Assembly (NCBI GenBank): GCA_965644315.1
Contig: CBFFRQ010000029.1
Span: 248,001-312,000, forward strand
Origin: Caecitellus pseudoparvulus
Lineage: Eukaryota > Protista > Bigyra: Bicosoecida
Direction of reading: 5' to 3'
Length of the DNA stretch: 64,000 nucleotides
The position numbers and the translations under genes were made by a program. The first letter of the stretch is position 1; the number at the start of each line of letters is the position of its first letter. Under the pieces are notes generated by a model. It searched no databases, was not told where the DNA came from, and saw nothing but the letters and a program-made list of their open reading frames with translations. Shown here one piece after another: positions 57,270 to 64,000 of the stretch.

Positions 57270-59576
57270 ATGGCTTCAGCTACGGAAACCACTCGCGCTA
57301 GTGCAGGTGGTGCAAGTGCCGATGAAGTTTCACCCATGGCTGTGAAAGTCATGCACGTGGATGAAGCAAGAGCAGTACCCGTTGTCAACATTGACGCATT
57401 GAAGCGCTGCGACTTCTCACTCCGGGAGTGCGTCAACATTGTGTCGATCTTTGGCCCTCTCCGCTCTGGGAAGAGCACAATGCTCACACGCCTCGTTGGA
57501 ATGGAGACGATTTTGGACTTCAAGGACACAGAGGAGGGCATGCACGCCTCTCCGCTGTTTGTTGTGAAGCATGACTCCAAGCCCTGCACCGTGGGAGTTG
57601 ACATGGCAACTGAGCGTTTCTCGGTCGCGGAGGTGATGAGCACCAAGTCAAAGCTGAGTCCTGATGCTGCAGCTGCCGCTCCACAAGTCGCCCTCATGGA
57701 CGTTGAGGGTGCGGGTGACAAGGGGGATGGCTATGACCTTACGTTGATCACCCCGATTCTCCCCGTGTCAAAGGTGGTTCTTTGGCGGGTCACATGGGCG
57801 GGTCGTGATAAATTGTTGCAGGAGCTGGAGGTGTTTCGTCAGGCTGCTGAGAGCCTCAAGCCTGTCGAAGAGGACGAAGTACCTTTGCCAGACAAACCGC
57901 CCTTTGGCCATCTTGTCATTGTTGTCAGAGATGCCAAGCATCTGGATGCTGCCACAACGTCTGCTGGAGCAACCATATCCGAACAGATCCTGGACAGGGA
58001 GCGTGTTCGGCCTACGGCATCAAACAGGAAAAGCATTGGGCAGCGCAACGAGATCAGAGCTGCACTGTATGACTGTTTTGCCTCTGTCACTGTGCATGCT
58101 ATGGCCGATCCGTTCTCTGACTTGGAAGGGTACGAGCGGGGCATGTGTGAGTTGCGGGATATGGTGGGTGAAATGCTGCTGGAGCCCCACAAGCTGTTTG
58201 GTGAGGCCGACATTCTCGCGGGCGACCTCCCTGATCTGCTTACAAGCCTGGCGGAGGCAGCTGCTGAGTCTGAGATAGTGTTGAACATGCGATCAGCGGT
58301 GGACACTCTGCTCGAGAATCGAGCGCGTGTTGCTTTGTCAGAGTACGGCAGAGCTTTGGACGCGAACTCTGCCAAGCTGACGTCCACTTTGGACCCTATT
58401 GTTCAAGTGTCTGTCGTGACGCAGCAGGGGAAAGAGCCATTGGGTCTTGACTCTGCAGGGGTGAGCCTTGAATGTGTGCAGAGAGCATTGGAACTTGCGG
58501 AAGCCAGCGGGGCACAGGGTCAGGCAACGGCAGCTGGGGCAGGATTCGGGGGGGATGGAGCAACTGACTCTTGGCTTGATCTCCTGCTGGGCATATCTAC
58601 CGACTACAGTGAGGCTTTGCAGTTGTTCAGCGCCACGATGGAGAAACTACACTTGTCAGCGGTGCGAGAATCCTTGACGAAGTTTAAGGGTCAACTTGAA
58701 GCAGCAGCTCGCCACAATGCTTTGCATAAGGCATCGGAAGCTCTGTATGCACTGCAAAGCAACATGCAGACGTGGGCCCGCAGGGATGCCACGTCATCGA
58801 CTCTGGGCATTCGAGCCCAGTTATTTCAGCAAGTGCCTGCTGCTGCGGCCGAGTGCGGCGGCCACGCTCTGGACGCGCAGACCATGTGGCATGAAGCTCC
58901 TGGGACAGCAACAATATTGGAGGATGTGCTTGGAGGCAGGGGCTCGTCTTCGCACCTTGCTCTTCCGTCTTGCCTGCAACTGCTGCCACCTGCAAGCAGG
59001 GCAAAGTTGACCGACACGCTGCAAGACATTGTTGCCCAGTTGGAGGCGGAAGCAGTGGCAGCTTTGGAGCAGCGGTGCGCCGCAGAAGCAGCTTCTCTGT
59101 CTGCTCAAGAGCGCCAGCGTCGTGTGGAGGAGTTGGAGGAGAAGGCGGCTGCTGCTGATGCTGCTCACCGCGAGGAGATGCGCCGCATGCTGGAGGAGCA
59201 GAAGCAGGCAAGCGAAAAGATGCGAGCAGAGCAGCAAGAGAGAGATGCTCAGCATGAGAAGAAGATGAAAGAATTGCAAGCAGAGTTGTTGCAGCAGCAA
59301 CGACAGGCACAGGCACAGATGCAGCAGCTTGCCCAGTCCATCGCTTTCTCTGGTGGGGGCGGGGGGGGCGGGGGATTCGGTCCGATGCCGCCCGGTCCGA
59401 TGCCGCCCGGTCCGATGCCACCCGGTCCATCATCAGGTGGGCCGATGGAGCGTGTTATTTATTCGCCCCCGCGAAGGGTGAACCCGTGGAATGCGTTCCA
59501 GAAGGCCAACGCAGGCCGAGGATGGTCTCCGTCTCAAATGTCCCGTGCCTATAAACGATTCAAGGGAGGGCGATGA
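57270..59576 (+). CDS. GBP/atlastin-family large GTPase B, copy 1
   Basis: G1 SIFGPLRSGKS, G2 PCTVG, G3 LMDVEG, G4 IVVRD; E/Q/K-rich coiled coil; GPMPP repeats; basic C-terminal mini-domain; intronless. Confidence 0.87.
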   Translation: MASATETTRASAGGASADEVSPMAVKVMHVDEARAVPVVNIDALKRCDFSLRECVNIVSIFGPLRSGKSTMLTRLVGMETILDFKDTEEGMHASPLFVVKHDSKPCTVGVDMATERFSVAEVMSTKSKLSPDAAAAAPQVALMDVEGAGDKGDGYDLTLITPILPVSKVVLWRVTWAGRDKLLQELEVFRQAAESLKPVEEDEVPLPDKPPFGHLVIVVRDAKHLDAATTSAGATISEQILDRERVRPTASNRKSIGQRNEIRAALYDCFASVTVHAMADPFSDLEGYERGMCELRDMVGEMLLEPHKLFGEADILAGDLPDLLTSLAEAAAESEIVLNMRSAVDTLLENRARVALSEYGRALDANSAKLTSTLDPIVQVSVVTQQGKEPLGLDSAGVSLECVQRALELAEASGAQGQATAAGAGFGGDGATDSWLDLLLGISTDYSEALQLFSATMEKLHLSAVRESLTKFKGQLEAAARHNALHKASEALYALQSNMQTWARRDATSSTLGIRAQLFQQVPAAAAECGGHALDAQTMWHEAPGTATILEDVLGGRGSSSHLALPSCLQLLPPASRAKLTDTLQDIVAQLEAEAVAALEQRCAAEAASLSAQERQRRVEELEEKAAAADAAHREEMRRMLEEQKQASEKMRAEQQERDAQHEKKMKELQAELLQQQRQAQAQMQQLAQSIAFSGGGGGGGGFGPMPPGPMPPGPMPPGPSSGGPMERVIYSPPRRVNPWNAFQKANAGRGWSPSQMSRAYKRFKGGR
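59379..59429 (+). repeat. 15-bp coding minisatellite (GGTCCGATGCCGCCC)x3 encoding GPMPP
   Basis: Read directly from the sequence. Confidence 0.9.
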
Positions 59577-59980
59577 CTCAAGGCGGACTCCCGACCCTCC
59601 CAGAGCCCCCCACTCCAGAATGTAGCACTGCTCCGCTTGTGGGCGCGTTTCCAAGGCACATCCCTTGGGACCAGAGCCTTCCCAAGCACACCTTGACAGA
59701 GCCGTCCCCCTTCACAAATCCCCCCCCACCACCTACGTGCGTGCAGGTGCACACGGCCCACTGTGTCTGGACAGGGCGCCAGCGGGATCTTATCGCCAGG
59801 CGTCACTTGCCTGCTGTGCGCGGCGGCAGCGGTCGTGCGTCCTTCTCGCTGGGTGGAGGGCCAGAGCGGTGGAAGACCTCGTGCGCGATGGCGGGTGAGG
59901 CTGACGACCATGTGGGTGTGCTTGGGGCGTCCAGCTGCGGGGGAGCGTGTCAAACACCCGCCGACTCCCGCTCTGCGCAG

Positions 59981-60741
59981 GTGAAGGGGCTGATAGAGCA
60001 AGCTCGGCTGCAGTACAAGTGCGTTGGCGTGCAGGTGCAGTGCAGGAGGCTTGCGCAATTACCGCAAGTGTGCGGCGCTTGCGCAGGTCCCAGGCGCTGG
60101 AGGCGATTGCGAAGGCCAAGGCAGACACCAAGCGAGCCATGCAGGCGGAGCTGGATGCAGCGAGGGCCTCTGCGACGGCGCAGATCGCTGCCCTTCGGCA
60201 CCAGCTGGCGAACGAGCGGCAGCGTGGGGATGTGATGCTGAAGCGGTCCCTGGAGGCGTTGGTTGAGCAGCTGAAGGAGGCGGCGAGTGCGGGCAAGCAC
60301 AGCTCTGGCTCACGCCCTGCTCAGTGGAACGGCGCTGCGCTGTTGAAGGTGGTGCGGTCCTGCGCCAATGCGGTGTACAGCCAGCTGAACTCTGCGGGGG
60401 GCGGGCAAGTGCAGGACAGCACCCTGGGCGCCGAGGACGCCAAGCGGCTGGGGCTGCGGGGCAAGGGCGTGACGATGCTGGGGGGAGGGATGGCGTCTGT
60501 CCCTGCCTCGGCGGCTGCGGAGCTGCTGGGGGAGGGGGCGGGGTCGTCGCCGTGGCCGCCTTGCCCCGGCAGTCTGAAAGATGCAAATGTGCTGGGTAGG
60601 TTTGCTAGCCGAGCTCACAGCCTGCAAGGAGTGCGGGGGAGACACCAGGAAAGTGTGATCGAGCTTGGTTTGTGTATTGAAAGCTGCTCACGAGTTTCGC
60701 TGGTTTGTTTCCGCTGTCACTTGGGCACGTCATACAGATAG
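59981..60741 (+). CDS. Small spliced coiled-coil protein of the cassette (copy 2)
   Basis: Duplicate of 53991-54751. Confidence 0.55.
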
Positions 60742-60751
60742 CCGGCGCGTG

Positions 60752-62860
60752 CTACTCGAAGTAGAAGAAGGGGCCCATCGACGGGAATCCGCCCATTCCG
60801 CCCATCATGGGATGCCCCATCGGGACAACCACGGCATGTCCGCCCATGCCCGCCCCGTGCAGAACAAGAGGGTGTCCGCCCATCCCCACCGCCATTGGGA
60901 GGCCCAAGTGAACCACGCCACCGCGCTCCCGCCTTCGGTTACGCAGTTGACGTACTTCTTCTTGGTGCCTGCGTTCTTGGGCTGCTTTCAGCCGCTCTTG
61001 CTCTTCTTGTTCACGCTTGTTTCGCTCGCGGATTTCAGCAAGCTCTTTCCTTCGCCGGGCATCTGCTTCAGCCTGCTTGATTGCCTTCGCCGCCTCGGCT
61101 GCTCGTGTCTCTGCGCTTTCCAGAGCTTCCATGCACCGGGTATGGTCTCGCGAGACTGCTGAAGCTGCTTGGCTAAGGGCAGTTCTGACAGCAGCCTCTG
61201 ACGCCTGCCAAACTGCTCGCAGGAAGGGCTGCTCGAGGGAGGCGTGCTGAGCCCAGGTGGGCACCTCCACACTTGGGATGCTTTGGCCATCAACACTGAC
61301 AGTGTGCACGCCAAGGGAGGACAAGCGCCGACCCAAGGACTGCTTGACCCACGCGGGAGCGACGCATTTGCTGCGGATTGGCAGCTCATGTCCGCCTCCA
61401 GTGCACCATGGGTTCGGATCGCCTGCCGCTCCGGGGTGAGTGGCAAATCGAAGCTGCTGAATGTCCCGTGTCAAGCGTTTCAGGCGCTGTTGCGCCTTTG
61501 AGACAGCTGCAGATGCTTTGTGTTGAACTTCGGCTTTCGCAACTTCCGAATAGTGAGCAGTTTGCTCTCGGACGGCTTGCGAGATGAGTGCCCAGGCGTA
61601 CTCTGATGCGGCTGATCTCATGCGCTGGCACCCCGCTGGGGAACCAGTCACCATTTTGTGCAAATGTGTGACTCGGTCGCAGACACCTTGGGTCGGTGTT
61701 GCCATCACCAACAAGGCATGGATGCCTTCGAAGGTATCCATGAATGGGCAAGTTGTGCTGCCCTGCAAGGCCTTTGTGATGCTCTGTCTGCCCGGTTCTG
61801 CAACAGCAGCACGGCGAAGCAGGACATGCGCAGGGTATTCTTGTGCAAGACAGGTAAGTTCGACGAGTTTTTGTTCTAGCTCAATACAGGCGTGCTCAAG
61901 TCGGGCTTGGGCAGCAGCTTCCTTCAGAACCTCCCCAAGGCTTTTTGAGCAGTGCTGTCCACTCCTTCGCCATGTTCGAACTGCCTGGGCGAATGCTTGC
62001 ATGAGACCACCAACTTGGCTGGCTGATATACTGTCCCAGAGACCATCTCCATCTGAGTCGGCCTGGGCACACGCACCAATGGTGGTGCGAAACGAAACCC
62101 AAGGCCCCTTGTCAAGGCTGGCTTCCCTCAGGTCTGGGAGTGTCCACAACCTCACGCTGCTGAAGACTTGAGAAGCGTGCAGCCTGATTTGGTTTCGCTG
62201 TTTCGCTGATGGGGATTGTGCAGCCTCCAAGTTCAACACGCGGTCAGAGAGGCTCCGGTCTGAGCCTGTTGCACCAGCTCCTGAAAAACGGTAGTCTCTT
62301 AGCACAATGTGCAGGTGTCCCAGCTGTCCTCCGAAGCCTGTCAAGTGTGCAACTTCGGCTGTTGACTCGAGCAAGTAGCTCACCTGCTTCAGGATGTGAT
62401 CCCGTCCGACACTGGTGCAGTTTAGGATGATATTGGAGCACAGCGGCAGGAGAGGCACAACTAACGTCCAGTCATGGTCGTCACCATTGTTTCCCCAGCC
62501 CTCGAGGTCGAGGAGCGCTGTTGCCCGGCTTCCCTCAGTTTTAGGTTTGCACACACGGCAGCCTTTGGTGCAGCTTTCCGCCGAGTGCCCAACAGTGAAG
62601 GGGCCAGACATGGAGCCTGTGTGGAGGAAGTTGAGGAGGGAGGACTTGCCGCTGCGCATGTCTCCGATTGCGCACGTCAGCCCAAGCCGCGTTTCAGGAT
62701 CTGAGCTGCCCTGCAGGAGTTGGACACCCGCCTCATGCGTCTCGGGGTCTCCAGCTTCGTTGACAGACATGAGGAGTACGTCAGCTTCTGGAGCCTCGCA
62801 GCGTCTCCATGTGCCATCCACACTCGCCCATTTCATGCTTCGTGGGGACTCCGCGGCCAT
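60752..62860 (-). CDS. GBP-family GTPase A, copy 2
   Basis: Same protein as copy 1 except DPEMH to DPETH. Confidence 0.85.
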   Translation of the reverse strand: MAAESPRSMKWASVDGTWRRCEAPEADVLLMSVNEAGDPETHEAGVQLLQGSSDPETRLGLTCAIGDMRSGKSSLLNFLHTGSMSGPFTVGHSAESCTKGCRVCKPKTEGSRATALLDLEGWGNNGDDHDWTLVVPLLPLCSNIILNCTSVGRDHILKQVSYLLESTAEVAHLTGFGGQLGHLHIVLRDYRFSGAGATGSDRSLSDRVLNLEAAQSPSAKQRNQIRLHASQVFSSVRLWTLPDLREASLDKGPWVSFRTTIGACAQADSDGDGLWDSISASQVGGLMQAFAQAVRTWRRSGQHCSKSLGEVLKEAAAQARLEHACIELEQKLVELTCLAQEYPAHVLLRRAAVAEPGRQSITKALQGSTTCPFMDTFEGIHALLVMATPTQGVCDRVTHLHKMVTGSPAGCQRMRSAASEYAWALISQAVREQTAHYSEVAKAEVQHKASAAVSKAQQRLKRLTRDIQQLRFATHPGAAGDPNPWCTGGGHELPIRSKCVAPAWVKQSLGRRLSSLGVHTVSVDGQSIPSVEVPTWAQHASLEQPFLRAVWQASEAAVRTALSQAASAVSRDHTRCMEALESAETRAAEAAKAIKQAEADARRRKELAEIRERNKREQEEQERLKAAQERRHQEEVRQLRNRRRERGGVVHLGLPMAVGMGGHPLVLHGAGMGGHAVVVPMGHPMMGGMGGFPSMGPFFYFE

Positions 62861-63260
62861 TCTGCAGTTCTCCTCGCTTCCGGCAACTGGTCGTGCTATC
62901 AAGTCTCTTGAACTTCTTTCGAAACGCACGCCAGCCCAAAGCTGCCTATGCGTTGGAAACACAAGTAACAGGCAGCGCATTGTTGGCAGTTAGATTTGGA
63001 CGGTGGAGGTTGTTGTGTGCTTGCATCCTGTCAGCCTGAATGACATCTTTCCAGCTGGCATTGCCGGCAACTTGCAGTTGGACCCCCCCTGCTCTGAGGG
63101 GGCAGGGGGGTGCGTTGGGCACACCATCCCACAGCAGCTTCTGTGTATCACACAACCCATTCATCTGGACATCTCGGATTCGAAGAATACCGGCCATCTA
63201 CGCTGCATCCCCAGTCCTACAATCGCGCGTGATCCAGCTCATTTTTTCTCCCCGGTCCAC

Positions 63261-64000
63261 ATGGCTTCAGCTACGGAAACCACTCGCGCTAGTGCAGGTG
63301 GTGCAAGTGCCGATGAAGTTTCACCCATGGCTGTGAAAGTCATGCACGTGGATGAAGCAAGAGCAGTACCCGTTGTCAACATTGACGCATTGAAGCGCTG
63401 CGACTTCTCACTCCGGGAGTGCGTCAACATTGTGTCGATCTTTGGCCCTCTCCGCTCTGGGAAGAGCACAATGCTCACACGCCTCGTTGGAATGGAGACG
63501 ATTTTGGACTTCAAGGATACAGAGGAGGGCATGCACGCCTCTCCGCTGTTTGTTGTGAAGCATGACTCCAAGCCCTGCACCGTGGGAGTTGACATGGCAA
63601 CTGAGCGTTTCTCGGTCGCGGAGGTGATGAGCACCAAGTCAAAGCTGAGTCCTGATGCTGCAGCTGCCGCTCCACAAGTCGCCCTCATGGACGTTGAGGG
63701 TGCGGGTGACAAGGGGGATGACTATGACCTTACGTTGATCACCCCGATTCTCCCCGTGTCAAAGGTGGTTCTTTGGCGGGTCACATGGGCGGGTCGTGAT
63801 AAATTGTTGCAGGAGCTGGAGGTGTTTCGTCAGGCTGCTGAGAGCCTCAAGCCTGTCGAAGAGGACGAAGTACCTTTGCCAGACAAACCGCCCTTTGGCC
63901 ATCTTGTCATTGTTGTCAGAGATGCCAAGCATCTGGATGCTGCCACAACGTCTGCTGGAGCAACCATATCCGAACAGATCCTGGACAGGGAGCGTGTTCG
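63261..64000 (+). CDS. GBP-family GTPase B, copy 2 (5' part, truncated by window)
   Basis: Duplicate of 57270 onward; DKGDGYD to DKGDDYD just after G3. Confidence 0.85.
   Translation, partial: MASATETTRASAGGASADEVSPMAVKVMHVDEARAVPVVNIDALKRCDFSLRECVNIVSIFGPLRSGKSTMLTRLVGMETILDFKDTEEGMHASPLFVVKHDSKPCTVGVDMATERFSVAEVMSTKSKLSPDAAAAAPQVALMDVEGAGDKGDDYDLTLITPILPVSKVVLWRVTWAGRDKLLQELEVFRQAAESLKPVEEDEVPLPDKPPFGHLVIVVRDAKHLDAATTSAGATISEQILDRERV

Larger units (their letters stand above)
53591..59576. repeat. Tandem segmental duplication, unit 1 (~5.99 kb)
   Basis: Sequence recurs at +5990 nt (ORF stops 54762 vs 60752); homology begins at ctcatggcggac (53591) vs ctcaaggcggac (59577). Confidence 0.97.
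59577..64000. repeat. Tandem segmental duplication, unit 2 (runs off the window end)
   Basis: Near-identical to 53591-58009. Confidence 0.97.

Noticed and set aside
54762-59576. GTPases as ordinary atlastin/Sey1 ER fusogens
   Set aside because: No C-terminal transmembrane hairpin; the duplicated, intronless, divergent arrangement is atypical of the housekeeping gene
53591-64000. Duplicated unit as a transposon, LTR element or endogenous virus/virophage
   Set aside because: No transposase, integrase, RT, capsid or terminal repeats seen; content is GTPases in direct tandem
1-64000. CRISPR arrays, rRNA, tRNA or an alternative genetic code
   Set aside because: None seen; conserved genes translate cleanly with the standard code and use TAA, TAG and TGA as stops

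Overview
This is eukaryotic nuclear DNA from a GC-rich, gene-dense flagellated protist (possibly a stramenopile; that is inference). Most introns are short GT-AG introns. Bases 1-~45.4 kb are a tightly packed housekeeping block of about 20 genes: PP2A A and B56 subunits, a 4xRRM protein, DCAF11, DNAAF1, a TmcB-like membrane protein, an MPPED-like phosphoesterase, TRPC4AP, a Tim44-like/WW protein, a GDP-fucose transporter, CCDC103, QDPR, MYG1, a GH31 glycosidase, UBL5/Hub1, a TEY MAPK, Mam33 and two hypothetical genes. The block also holds two diverged intermediate-filament/lamin-like paralogues. After ~45.5 kb the sequence is visibly less GC-rich and intron-poor. It carries a giant FG-GAP + cadherin-repeat type I membrane protein and a ~5.99 kb tandemly duplicated cassette. 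The cassette holds a head-to-head pair of GBP/atlastin-family GTPases plus a small coiled-coil gene, and is a candidate protist cell-autonomous immunity locus. Other notable signals are a recurrent AATGCA hexamer after stop codons (candidate poly(A) signal) and a GCAAGT non-canonical donor in the Hub1 gene itself. All gene models and family calls were read by eye; no searches were run.
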